The notes beneath the pieces were generated by a model, which was not told the DNA's origin, searched no databases, and was given only the letters and a program-made list of their open reading frames with translations. A stretch of 43,251 bases of DNA from a virus (Duplodnaviria; Caudoviricetes), in IMG/VR virus record IMGVR_UViG_3300008961_000005, positions 1-43,251 of that record, one strand, 5' to 3'. The first letter of the stretch is position 1; the number at the start of each line of letters is the position of its first letter. This document shows positions 33,373 through 43,096 of this stretch, piece by piece. Position numbers and translations under genes: made by a program.

Positions 33373-36174
33373 TTATTTTACTTTTAACATGTTGCGTTTT
33401 ACAACGTTCTTATTTCCATACGTGTCTTCTGCTTCCAGTTGAATCGAGTAATCTCCCGGTTCTTGAAAAATGTAAGTAAGCCACATATTATTATAGTATA
33501 TATCATTAATTTCTGGGTTAGTTATATTGGTGATAGTCCATTTTGGTTTTCTAGCACCAGGAAACTTAGAAATGTCAGTTGATATAGTCAAATGCGTAGA
33601 TCTTTCGACCACGGCATAGTCTTTAAATACTTTTAAGTTATCCCATGTCGGATTATAGTGGACTACATGCACCTCGCCACTTACCGCAGAAATATTTGAA
33701 TCAGTATCTATTGCTACTGTTTCAAAATCATAGTTTTTAGAATATTCTTGCCCAGTACATAAAATATAGTAGAACTGATCTAATGAATCTATATCATTAT
33801 CAGAATCTATATCTTTAAATACAGGATTGTAATTAAACTTTGAAATTACAGGATCTATCGATGCCTCTAATTCATTCGCTATTAATTTCCAACCATCTGT
33901 ATCATTTACGCCAGCTGGTGTCGGAGACATGATTACATGTGTTCCTGTTCTAACTACGTTTGTTGTAGGGTTTTTGTGAGTAATTGTAAGTATATCTCCG
34001 TTTTCAATCCAGTCTATTTTAAAAGATGCTGTTAAATCCGGACCAACTCTTAAATTGTCCCACCAGTTGTGTTCAGTATCTTTCCATCTAAATCTGCATT
34101 CGTCCCATTGATAAGGGCCTGTAGTTTCAGAATAACCTGTATCTGAGAATAGATCTTTATGTCTTCTTACCATTGAAAATCTTAAACCCTGGTCTATTGT
34201 ATCATTATGTAAATAGTTTGCCCTGTCTAAGGTTTGGTATAAAGTTGCAATAGTATCTTCTACCTTTTGGGTATTGTCTTGTGGCATATCCCAGTAGCCA
34301 CCTGATAGGTCCCAGTCTAATGTTTTAGAATTCCATGGAATTGCATTGCCCTTCGCATCAGTTTCTAACCATTTATAGACTCCGTATAACTCTAATTCCT
34401 TTGCTTTAACTTCAAAAAGATCTGATTTTTTATAGAATGACATGTGACCAAATAGATCGTACATTCGCATCTCTACCGTGTAGTTTCCAACGTATGGTAA
34501 AGTAATCGGTAATCTTTTATAGTCATCTGCTGCAAGTCCATTATCATCTATATAATCAACCGGACCTCTGTACTCTTGATGAAAATCATTTGGCCCATCA
34601 ATAATCCATTCAATTTCATATACCCATCTTTTATACCAATTATTCCAAGTTACTTTTAAGTTTTGATTAGCATCAACTGCATCGTCCCATACAAAAGTAG
34701 CCTCGTCCCAAATATCATCCCAAGATTCAGTAGAATCTAGAATAACAGGACAGCCTATCGGTATATTAGTATTTGAAAAGTTTTGGTTATACGATTCTAA
34801 AGTTCTATCGTGGTATGATCCATAAAAATCTTCAAAGATGTTTTTTATTTCAGATCTTTTCTTATTTGATATAGTAGACTCATTACCAATTCCTAACGTT
34901 AAGAATTCATCGTAATTACTAGCAGCATCGTTTTGATCTAATGTAGATTTTAAAACAACTGAAGTATCTTCAATAAAAAGATCTCTATCTCTTGGCCATA
35001 CATCAAATTTAACCCTATGTCCCTCTGAGAAGAATCCAATTGGATTTTGAATCTTCCACATGTTCATATTCTTCTGAGTGAAATAGTCGCCTTCTCCTGT
35101 AATGTCTACGATTTTAGATTCGAGGGGTAAAAAATCTCTTTGTAATCTATTCTTTAAACCATATAATTTGATTAGGACTTCTTCTGGTGTGAAATCAAAG
35201 ACTTCATCAACATTAGCAAAATCCCACTGATCGAAAGTTCCATTCGGTTCGTTTAGTCTGTAAACTAATGAGAACCTACTAGTTTTCTTTTGTGTTTTAG
35301 AAGGTACTTTAAATCTTAGTCTCTTTCTAGTCATTTCACCCCTAACAGATGAGTTAGGTACTGGAATTGCATGTAACTTACCGAAAGTTTTCGATGCGTT
35401 ATCTATGTTAATCCAATATTCTTTAAGTGTAATTTTATCATAGCCAAAGAAATCAATCGCATTTAAGATTGCTTTATATGTACCAACAAAAGGTTTAATA
35501 TTATTAAGTTCTAATAATAGTTCCTTTCTCTTTTGGTTTAATAGTTGATAATCAGGGTGCATTTCAGAAATATCATGAGACTTAAATATCATAAAGTCTT
35601 CAGCTTCTAAAGATGCTCCTAAGTTAGCAAGCAATACTTTAAATCTATCATCTTCTGTTTCTACTTCACCATAAAATTTAATTCTAGCAACCACAACATC
35701 CCCTGCAGTAACTAATAAAGTCCTCTTATGAATACCTGGGTTTTCAGATGCAATTGCGATATTTACTTGTAAAGCAACATTATCATGATCGGTTATAGTT
35801 TTAAAGAAATCAGCATCCTGGGATTCAATATTACTATTAGGTGCTAATTCTAATTCTTGAGTTTTAATTTCTTTAACAAACGCTGAACCATTGTTCATTC
35901 TCATGCCATACATAATAACATCTTCAGATTCATCAGGTCTCGTTAATTCCCATGAAAATTTAAAGGTATTAATTATATTATCTGGCGACAAAGGTTTATT
36001 AACAACTAAATCGCTATTTTGAATACATTCCTCTAAAATAAAAAGATTGACTGTCTCATATAACGATGCAGATACTTCAGGTAAGTATACAGTTCCTGCC
36101 CAGACATTATTTTCGTCTTGAACTAACTGTAGCTCTGAAATAGTACCATTAAAAAATCTTAAATTATTCCACAT
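33373..36174 (-). CDS. Baseplate wedge protein (gp7-like) with Trp-rich repeats and PKD-like domains
   Basis: FVGTYKAILNAIDFFGY gp7/gpI-like motif; WD-rich repeats; C-terminal YIFQEPGDYSIQLEAED PKD-like motif; follows the gp6-like gene. Confidence 0.55.
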   Translation of the reverse strand: MWNNLRFFNGTISELQLVQDENNVWAGTVYLPEVSASLYETVNLFILEECIQNSDLVVNKPLSPDNIINTFKFSWELTRPDESEDVIMYGMRMNNGSAFVKEIKTQELELAPNSNIESQDADFFKTITDHDNVALQVNIAIASENPGIHKRTLLVTAGDVVVARIKFYGEVETEDDRFKVLLANLGASLEAEDFMIFKSHDISEMHPDYQLLNQKRKELLLELNNIKPFVGTYKAILNAIDFFGYDKITLKEYWINIDNASKTFGKLHAIPVPNSSVRGEMTRKRLRFKVPSKTQKKTSRFSLVYRLNEPNGTFDQWDFANVDEVFDFTPEEVLIKLYGLKNRLQRDFLPLESKIVDITGEGDYFTQKNMNMWKIQNPIGFFSEGHRVKFDVWPRDRDLFIEDTSVVLKSTLDQNDAASNYDEFLTLGIGNESTISNKKRSEIKNIFEDFYGSYHDRTLESYNQNFSNTNIPIGCPVILDSTESWDDIWDEATFVWDDAVDANQNLKVTWNNWYKRWVYEIEWIIDGPNDFHQEYRGPVDYIDDNGLAADDYKRLPITLPYVGNYTVEMRMYDLFGHMSFYKKSDLFEVKAKELELYGVYKWLETDAKGNAIPWNSKTLDWDLSGGYWDMPQDNTQKVEDTIATLYQTLDRANYLHNDTIDQGLRFSMVRRHKDLFSDTGYSETTGPYQWDECRFRWKDTEHNWWDNLRVGPDLTASFKIDWIENGDILTITHKNPTTNVVRTGTHVIMSPTPAGVNDTDGWKLIANELEASIDPVISKFNYNPVFKDIDSDNDIDSLDQFYYILCTGQEYSKNYDFETVAIDTDSNISAVSGEVHVVHYNPTWDNLKVFKDYAVVERSTHLTISTDISKFPGARKPKWTITNITNPEINDIYYNNMWLTYIFQEPGDYSIQLEAEDTYGNKNVVKRNMLKVK

Positions 36175-36175
36175 A

Positions 36176-36445
36176 TTATCTAGTTCTTTCTTCGTCTTTT
36201 TCTACCGTAAAATTACCAAAATTCTTTAAGTATCTAACCTGATCTAACAGTGCAACCATATAATCATTAACAAATAAAAGAAATTCTCTCATTGTTTGAT
36301 TTCTCATGATATGCGGCGATACTTGATTCTTTAATAAACCATGCTTCTTATAGTCATATTTGACATTAAGATTTTCATCCTTTCTATGCTTAGCTATTTT
36401 ATATAGCCTTTTACGCTTGTATACTAATAGATCTTTAAATAACAT
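36176..36445 (-). CDS. Small baseplate-associated hypothetical protein
   Basis: 89 aa; TAATG-coupled to the gp6-like gene. Confidence 0.6.
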   Translation of the reverse strand: MLFKDLLVYKRKRLYKIAKHRKDENLNVKYDYKKHGLLKNQVSPHIMRNQTMREFLLFVNDYMVALLDQVRYLKNFGNFTVEKDEERTR

Positions 36446-38274
36446 TATTTTAAGGATTTTCTATTTCCAGCCTGTACTCTAGTGTAAATAGTTCTAGGTA
36501 CAGCTACTGCGTCAAAATTAACTGAAAGTGCAGCTTCTGCATTCATTAAAGCCTCGTCAACGATTTGATCACCATCTCGGTCTTGCCATCCGCCTCTAAA
36601 GACTGCAACTTCTTCCTTTTCCATAATAATATCACCCCACTCATCTAATCCAGCTACAGTATACGGAATTGCAGTAGTCGCATCAACCGTTACGGTCTTA
36701 ACCTCTTCTATTTGTTTAAAGAAAATATATTTTTGTTTACCATTACCTATCTCTTCTAGAACTACAGGTTCTTGTGGTACAACAGTAACAGTCTTAGACT
36801 CATAATAGCCTAATCTTCTTGCAGTCTCTTCTGTTTCAGATATAAATCTCACATTTACTGCATCAATACCAGCAATCGATTCTAGGATATACACTATATC
36901 TGATTTAGGCAATTTATCTCTTCTTGTAATATTAAGCATATAATCACTTACTGCTACTCTAACATCAGCGAATATTTCTTGTTTAGTATATCCTTCAAAA
37001 TATCTAATATTAATATCCATACTATATTTTCTAACCTGTGGTTTTACAAATACTACTTCAGTCGTAACCATTTGTTGTCCACTATCCTGAATTACTTGTG
37101 ACATTTTGTCATATTCATTCTGATCAAAAAACATTTCATTCATTGGTATTGAGAAATAATCTTGATCTGCTAATAACTTTCTTCTAGCATCGGGGATAGC
37201 AAAAATATAAATTACGTTATCATCATCTAAATATTGATCCGCAGTCGTGTTGTAAGCATCCACATACGAGAACATTCCATATCTTGATAGGAAATACTCA
37301 TAGTTATCAGGTGTCGCTAGAACGTATGATTTTGACGCCAAAGGGGCCATTAACTTTGTAAAATCAGTTGACTCTTTATCAGCTCCCATTTTAGGAGATG
37401 ATGTTACAGTCATTTCTAAATATTCATTTAAATCAAACTCATCACCGTTAGAATCCGATCCTTCTGCATCCCATTTAAATGTGATGTCTTGTGCATCATC
37501 TAAATTACCTTGAAATCCAGCATGTTTAATGTATTCAATTTCTATTGCAGATCCAGCTGGAGGCAGTGCTCCAAAATTACCAGTTCCAAAATAAACATCA
37601 AGGCCACCGGAAATACCTGTTTTAAGAATATATGCTTTTTCGTTATTTAATAGATCGTACATAGAATCATGCTTCGTCCATTTTTCACCGTTTATAGAAA
37701 CACTAACTTTAGAATGATCTGTTAAAGAGCTTGTTTGTATATTATATGATTGCATTGATTCTCCAGTTCCAGTAAAGGTTTGCTTTTCAAATTTACCTTG
37801 AATGATTGCACATTTTATGTTATACTTATTAGCCTTTTCTAATCTGAATTTTTCTTGTGAAGATAGTAAAGTATAAGTTAATCCATTTAATTCACATTGT
37901 AATTCTGATCTGGCATCAATATTTAATCCAGTACCTGCAACCTTACTAAGATCTGCTCCAACTTTCCATCTAAACTCTATCTCACCGGTTGCTGCAAAGC
38001 CTCTAGTCGCATCATGTCCTGTTAGCCTTGATAAACCATATATAGATTCTGGCTGCTGAGCAGTGTATATGTTTTGTTCTACTAAAGAGTCTTCTATATA
38101 GAACATTATTAATTCACCGAGCTCTGCCATAACAGAGATAATCTGAGCAAATGGCGACGCTTCACTAAATAAAGTGTTTGCACGTTTATATACCCTCGAG
38201 ATATATGTTCGAGCATCGGTCTTGATTTGATTAGCCGATATTTTTAGTGTGCTTAAAAATTTTAATTCTGCCAT
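36445..38274 (-). CDS. Baseplate wedge subunit (T4 gp6 / baseplate J-like)
   Basis: TAQQPESIYGLSRLTGH, VYFGTGNFG, GADKES, LATPDNYEYFL motifs. Confidence 0.8.
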   Translation of the reverse strand: MAELKFLSTLKISANQIKTDARTYISRVYKRANTLFSEASPFAQIISVMAELGELIMFYIEDSLVEQNIYTAQQPESIYGLSRLTGHDATRGFAATGEIEFRWKVGADLSKVAGTGLNIDARSELQCELNGLTYTLLSSQEKFRLEKANKYNIKCAIIQGKFEKQTFTGTGESMQSYNIQTSSLTDHSKVSVSINGEKWTKHDSMYDLLNNEKAYILKTGISGGLDVYFGTGNFGALPPAGSAIEIEYIKHAGFQGNLDDAQDITFKWDAEGSDSNGDEFDLNEYLEMTVTSSPKMGADKESTDFTKLMAPLASKSYVLATPDNYEYFLSRYGMFSYVDAYNTTADQYLDDDNVIYIFAIPDARRKLLADQDYFSIPMNEMFFDQNEYDKMSQVIQDSGQQMVTTEVVFVKPQVRKYSMDINIRYFEGYTKQEIFADVRVAVSDYMLNITRRDKLPKSDIVYILESIAGIDAVNVRFISETEETARRLGYYESKTVTVVPQEPVVLEEIGNGKQKYIFFKQIEEVKTVTVDATTAIPYTVAGLDEWGDIIMEKEEVAVFRGGWQDRDGDQIVDEALMNAEAALSVNFDAVAVPRTIYTRVQAGNRKSLK

Positions 38275-38281
38275 TAGTTAT

Positions 38282-38638
38282 TTATCTTAAATTTACTTTG
38301 ATTATATACTCGTTGTTAACAGTAATATCAATGAACGCAACATCCCTAACTTCACCTCGCATAAACTTAACGCTTACACTAACTCTATACTTACTAGCAA
38401 GAGGTACGTGGTTAGCTAATTGCCCCTGTATTTCATTTTTAATTTGAAATTCATTTTGACCTAAACTATATACAATATCTTCTAAGTTACAACCAAATCC
38501 TGGAGCACCTAAAACATCTCTCTTTCTTGTGAAAAGAACTGTTTCTATCTGAGCTAGTAACTGTTCAACTTCACTTACGTTTTGAACAATGCCAGTTTGA
38601 TAATTAGGGTCTCCTATGTATTTTATATAAAAATCCAT
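38282..38638 (-). CDS. Baseplate wedge protein gp25-like (GPW/gp25)
   Basis: IETVLFTRKRDVLGAPGFGCNL motif; 118 aa; upstream of the gp6-like gene. Confidence 0.85.
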   Translation of the reverse strand: MDFYIKYIGDPNYQTGIVQNVSEVEQLLAQIETVLFTRKRDVLGAPGFGCNLEDIVYSLGQNEFQIKNEIQGQLANHVPLASKYRVSVSVKFMRGEVRDVAFIDITVNNEYIIKVNLR

Positions 38639-38658
38639 TTATATATGTATTCTACTTT

Positions 38659-39501
38659 TTATGAGTGAAACATCCAGTCCACTCCTTCGTCTCCCTTTAT
38701 CTCCTCAATAATTGACTCTAATTCGGTGTCTCCCATGTCTTTTATTGCGTCGTAGTCGAATTCCACATTACCAGGTAATGCAAACTTAAAAATACCAAGC
38801 TTAGCGCCTAGTGATTGCTTAATCTTAGCAGAACAATATCTAAAAAAGATTTCGTCGTCAAATAGTGCACAATCCGGAATCGTTTCGTACACATCAAGTA
38901 TCAGATCTCCCTTCGGAGTATCTCCCATTATCTTTAGCTCTCCAGTCAGTCTAGAGTATTGAAAAGAAATTGGGTTTTCTAAAATCTGTCTAGCCATATC
39001 TGCTAAAGACTGATTTAGTACATAATATTCTAATTCTTCTGCAGATTCTGCTGCTCCAGATCCGTCGTACATTCCTCTGAATAACATCTTCTCTACTGCA
39101 AAGTCTCCACCGCTTTGAAATCTAACATCTAATCCACCACCGGTTGAACCAAAACCAGATGCAATATCGTGTACTCCAAATACTGAAAATACAGACCCAG
39201 ATCCATCTTCACTTGCTCCAGGTAAATTTAATGTTCTATTCTTTTTAAAATATTCACTGCTAAACACAGCATTTGGTATATGATAATAATTTTCTAGTAC
39301 AGAATCTTCATATTGTTTATAGAACCATTTCTTAGCTCTTTTAATAATATTCACTATTTCTCTCTGTGGTAAATTTACTGGGACCATACATGCTCCAGTT
39401 AGCTCATCACCAAGCTCTTGTAAAAATGCGTTTAAACAACCATCGCCGAAACTTCTTCCAACGTTTAAGTTATTTTCATTGCCGCTTCTAATTTCACTCA
39501 T
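38659..39501 (-). CDS. Neck/head-completion protein (T4 gp13-like)
   Basis: FQYSRLTGELKI and FRYCSAKIKQSLG..LGIFKFALPGNVEFD..GDTELESIIEE C-terminal pattern. Confidence 0.75.
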   Translation of the reverse strand: MSEIRSGNENNLNVGRSFGDGCLNAFLQELGDELTGACMVPVNLPQREIVNIIKRAKKWFYKQYEDSVLENYYHIPNAVFSSEYFKKNRTLNLPGASEDGSGSVFSVFGVHDIASGFGSTGGGLDVRFQSGGDFAVEKMLFRGMYDGSGAAESAEELEYYVLNQSLADMARQILENPISFQYSRLTGELKIMGDTPKGDLILDVYETIPDCALFDDEIFFRYCSAKIKQSLGAKLGIFKFALPGNVEFDYDAIKDMGDTELESIIEEIKGDEGVDWMFHS

Positions 39502-39502
39502 T

Positions 39503-40816
39503 TTATGATTTTATTTTTTTACTTACCACAACTTCGGTTTCATCTGAGATTCTGGCATGAGGTCCCATACCGCCTTCTCTAAAGATGCCTCCTTCCATTC
39601 TGCCTTTAAAGATACCATCTCTTCCAAAAACAAAACAGTTTTTAACTTCTACACTACCATGCACAAAACAAGATTCTATTTTAGAATCTATAACTGCACA
39701 TCCTTTATATATTTGAGATCTTAGGACTTGTGCTCCTTTTATATCCCCTCCATATATTGCTGAGTTTTCAATATTACCTGATAGTTCACAGTCTATAAAT
39801 TCAAAACCATCTAATAAATATGCAGTTTTAAACCTACCATCTTTAACTTGAACTGTAGAATAATCTGAATCGTAGTTAATAATTCCCTCTTCCATTGTAC
39901 CGTTTGATAGTAAATCTAATACTTTATGTTTAAACCTATCCCATTGTACGTTAATTACCGTAGGATCTGATTGTAAATCTACTAATATATCTATCTTAGG
40001 CCAATGCTTATTTACGGCGGTATAGTCTTTTAACATCGCCATTAGGGGTTCGTTCTTTCTTAAAATACGTTGTAACTCTATTTTATTAGCATCTGTAAAC
40101 CTAGGATCTCTACAAGATCTAAATATTGCTAATATAAATCTATCGGCTAACGTTAGAATATCCTCTTGTTTCTTTTCATAATCTTTACCACCAATATATC
40201 TAAATTCTAAATAATTACTTTGAGCCTTTTCAAAGTTAATACCATAATATTTAGTGTTGGCAAATGTAAAGTTATCCTTATTAATTAAATCTGCGTTGTA
40301 ATAAAAGGCTTCATGTTTAGGCATTATCCATTTAATAGATTTTGCATAAGTAGAATTCTCTCTGCCAGGGAAATACTTATATACCCTAGATTCATCAAAC
40401 TCAAGTATAAATTTCAACACGTCCATGTGTTGTATCATATTTGGTTTTTCTAAATAATCAGGATTAAAGGACATATTAAGGTGGATCGATGCTCGATCAG
40501 ATGTGTACCCGTTTTCACGAATCCACCCTAACATTTGAATAATAACTAATCTGGCACTCCTATAAGGCATCGGGCCAGTCACAAGTTCAATTAGTCCTGC
40601 GCCACCAGACATATCTGGTTCCATCTTAAACACATCTGCAGATGGTACAAAGTCAGAATGGGCTTTTTCTTCTAGTTGTATCTTTCTATTTAATAGTTTA
40701 GATACAGACTTTTGCGTCTCTTCAAGTTCTAGGTTAGAATAGAACTCAAATTCGATTCCCATTTGACTGGCATTCAGTACTTCGTGCCTTGTTGAATTAC
40801 TTTTTAACTTTTGCAT
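39503..40816 (-). CDS. Putative amidoligase (COOH-NH2 ligase type 2) with a C-terminal beta-helix-like tail
   Basis: GIEFEF, EPD, IELVTGP, SIHLNMS, KYYGINF, YLEFRYIGG motifs. Confidence 0.8.
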   Translation of the reverse strand: MQKLKSNSTRHEVLNASQMGIEFEFYSNLELEETQKSVSKLLNRKIQLEEKAHSDFVPSADVFKMEPDMSGGAGLIELVTGPMPYRSARLVIIQMLGWIRENGYTSDRASIHLNMSFNPDYLEKPNMIQHMDVLKFILEFDESRVYKYFPGRENSTYAKSIKWIMPKHEAFYYNADLINKDNFTFANTKYYGINFEKAQSNYLEFRYIGGKDYEKKQEDILTLADRFILAIFRSCRDPRFTDANKIELQRILRKNEPLMAMLKDYTAVNKHWPKIDILVDLQSDPTVINVQWDRFKHKVLDLLSNGTMEEGIINYDSDYSTVQVKDGRFKTAYLLDGFEFIDCELSGNIENSAIYGGDIKGAQVLRSQIYKGCAVIDSKIESCFVHGSVEVKNCFVFGRDGIFKGRMEGGIFREGGMGPHARISDETEVVVSKKIKS

Positions 40817-40843
40817 TAATTAAGAGTATGATATTACTTTTCA

Positions 40844-40852
40844 ATATATATC
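40844..40852 (-). promoter_or_regulatory. Putative late promoter GATATATAT
   Basis: Intergenic, 28 nt upstream of the amidoligase start. Confidence 0.45.
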
Positions 40853-40869
40853 AAACTCTGTGGCAATAG

Positions 40870-42162
40870 TTATTGGGGTAGTTTAAGAAACACCTTCATG
40901 GAGTCCTCATCAATCCTAGTAATTTGTACTTCGATCTCATCACCAACCATATAGTTATCTAATGTATCACCAGGTAATTCACTTACATGCAGTAACCCAG
41001 TTACACCATCTTCAATATTTACAAAGACTCCATATTCTTTTTTAGTCTTAATTTTAGCCTTAATAACCGAAGGTATTTGATACCTAGTTGATATATTGAT
41101 CCATGGATTAGCTGTAGTAGTTTCCTTTTGAGTTAATGTAATTTTATTATTAGTAATAATATCTTTTACAAAGAATTCAATTGGCTCCCCTGGCTTAATG
41201 TCTCTAGATTTAAATCTTGCAGATGTTGCTTCATCAAGTTCATTTGTATGAATCATACCAGTTAAACATTTATTGAATTCAACAAATACTCCATATTTTG
41301 CAGTACCTGTAACTAAACCGGATTTAGGTTCATCAAGAGTTTCTTTTAATTCATTAATTTGACTCGGTATTAGAGCTTGTAAATATTTTCTATGTGAAAC
41401 CACTAACGTACCTCTATCTGGTGAGAAACTTACTGGAACAACATATAATTCTTCTCCAACGATAGAACTAAAGTCTGATAATTTATTAATACCTGCAAGT
41501 GATCCTGGCATAAAGCAATCTACGCCTTGTACTTTTACAATATAACCACCATTTTCAATCATGTTATTTACTGTACCGATCCAAGCAGTATTGCCTTCGT
41601 CGATCGCAGCTCTAAGATCCATGAATGTTTTATGTTTTACACCACCAGTAATAGTACCAGTTAATGTACCTTTAGTTTCTGTAATTAAAACTGCAGTTTC
41701 TTGCCCTGGAAGCATTTGCCTAACCTCATCTGATTCCTTATTAGCTTTAATATAGACTAACTCTCTATATTTAATATCTACCGTGATATATTCTTGGTCC
41801 ACTGCATAAATGATACCTTCATGAATCTCACCTATAAATAATTGAGGTATGATGTCACATGCATTAGTACCTTCCATGAGATCATATAACTCTTGAGCAT
41901 AAGACTCACGAGAGAATACTTTATCTCCGTTTTTGGTTTTAATATGTGGATTTGCTTTTCGCGTTCTTGTTGGGCAGGTTGCCTCGTACGCGTTCCAATC
42001 GAATTCTCCATCTGGTAGTAAATAGTCCGGACCGTCATCTTCGATCTTTGTTTCTATTTTTACTTCTTCCTGGTTGTTTGGGTTTTGAACTGTTTGAACT
42101 AGTTCTACTGTGTTTGCCTCTGGGGCTGAAGAATTAATTCTTCGTCTTTTTTTGTCTGACAT
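40870..42162 (-). CDS. rpsA: Phage-encoded 30S ribosomal protein S1 (bS1) homologue with four S1 domains
   Basis: Four S1 repeats (e.g. GGYIVKVQGVDCFMPGS, YGVFVEF..GMIHTNEL, YGVFVNIEDGVTGLLHVSEL). N-terminal EFDWNAYE resembles the Bacteroidota bS1 N-terminal motif. Confidence 0.85.
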   Translation of the reverse strand: MSDKKRRRINSSAPEANTVELVQTVQNPNNQEEVKIETKIEDDGPDYLLPDGEFDWNAYEATCPTRTRKANPHIKTKNGDKVFSRESYAQELYDLMEGTNACDIIPQLFIGEIHEGIIYAVDQEYITVDIKYRELVYIKANKESDEVRQMLPGQETAVLITETKGTLTGTITGGVKHKTFMDLRAAIDEGNTAWIGTVNNMIENGGYIVKVQGVDCFMPGSLAGINKLSDFSSIVGEELYVVPVSFSPDRGTLVVSHRKYLQALIPSQINELKETLDEPKSGLVTGTAKYGVFVEFNKCLTGMIHTNELDEATSARFKSRDIKPGEPIEFFVKDIITNNKITLTQKETTTANPWINISTRYQIPSVIKAKIKTKKEYGVFVNIEDGVTGLLHVSELPGDTLDNYMVGDEIEVQITRIDEDSMKVFLKLPQ

Positions 42163-42191
42163 TTATTTTTTATTTAAAAGGTATTAACATA

Positions 42192-42200
42192 TTATATATC
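42192..42200 (-). promoter_or_regulatory. Putative late promoter GATATATAA
   Basis: Exact motif 30 nt upstream of the bS1 start. Confidence 0.5.
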
Positions 42201-42562
42201 TACTTAACCACACGTTTTATCCATGCGTACTTTTTCCTATTTTCAAGGTATTCATAATCATATTCATTGCTATAAGCCTCTCTTTCAAACGAGATATTAT
42301 AGTATGCATCTTTGCCATAAAAGAATAGCTTAATAAACCACTCAATAATATACAAAATATAAAATGGTATAACTAATAATTCTTCTTGTTGCTTAATGTG
42401 GATCGATTCGTGATTAACAATTCTCTTACCATAATCAGCATTCGGTACATTATATCGTTCTCTTAAAACAACAAACGGCCAAAGAGTAATACCACCAACT
42501 TTCATAAACCAGCTGATGCTGTTTAAAAATTTATCACTGTACTTAATAATAGGTGTTTTCAT
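42200..42562 (-). CDS. Small HExxH zincin-like membrane-associated protein (Bacteroidota-type)
   Basis: GITLWPF, NHESIHIKQQ, hydrophobic helix, AYYNISFEREAY. Confidence 0.75.
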   Translation of the reverse strand: MKTPIIKYSDKFLNSISWFMKVGGITLWPFVVLRERYNVPNADYGKRIVNHESIHIKQQEELLVIPFYILYIIEWFIKLFFYGKDAYYNISFEREAYSNEYDYEYLENRKKYAWIKRVVK

Positions 42563-42567
42563 ATAAG

Positions 42568-42576
42568 TTATTTATC
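42568..42576 (-). promoter_or_regulatory. Putative late promoter variant GATAAATAA
   Basis: Just upstream of the start at 42562; closest variant to T4 TATAAATA. Confidence 0.35.
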
Positions 42577-42621
42577 TAGCTCAAAAGAGTTGGCTTTTCT
42601 TACAAAATAAATACCAAATAA

Positions 42622-42669
42622 TTTTTTTATGTCAATTATTTTTCGTATATTAGTACTGTAATTAAAAAC
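42622..42669 (+). promoter_or_regulatory. 48-bp repeated early promoter/leader cassette, copy 2
   Basis: Identical to copy 3; ATG at 42675. Confidence 0.75.
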
Positions 42670-42674
42670 AAACT

Positions 42675-43037
42675 ATGTCAGATAAAACATATACATTCCC
42701 GCAAGATCACTGTTACGGTGACGTATTCGCGATAGTAAACCTAATGGATAAATCTTATGTCTGCCCAGGATGGCATCCAATACCTAAAGGAACTACTAGA
42801 GATCAAATCAAATTTGACAAGAGTGCTAAAATAGTAAAACCAAAACCAACACCCGTAGTTACTAAAGCTAAAGTTAAAGCTAAGACGTGGAAAGTAGAGT
42901 CTTCTAAACCTGGTAAATTCTATGAAGTTACTGAGGCAAATGGAGCATGGGGTTGTAATTGCCCGGCAATGAATTTCTTTAGAGGAGATTGTAAACACAT
43001 CAAGGCTAAAAAAACTTTGCTAGTTACTGCAAAATAA
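42675..43037 (+). CDS. SWIM zinc-finger protein
   Basis: C-terminal YEV...WGCNCPAMNFFRGDCKHI (CxC...CxH). Confidence 0.8.
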   Translation: MSDKTYTFPQDHCYGDVFAIVNLMDKSYVCPGWHPIPKGTTRDQIKFDKSAKIVKPKPTPVVTKAKVKAKTWKVESSKPGKFYEVTEANGAWGCNCPAMNFFRGDCKHIKAKKTLLVTAK

Positions 43038-43048
43038 TTGCCTCTAGA

Positions 43049-43096
43049 TTTTTTTATGTCAATTATTTTTCGTATATTAGTACTGTAATTAAAAAC
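43049..43096 (+). promoter_or_regulatory. 48-bp repeated early promoter/leader cassette, copy 3
   Basis: Identical to copy 2; ATG at 43106. Confidence 0.75.

Noticed and set aside
40870-42162. Interpreting rpsA as evidence of a bacterial chromosome or prophage boundary
   Set aside because: It is flanked by phage genes, carries the phage late motif, is divergent and short, and has no cmk/ihfB or other host neighbours.
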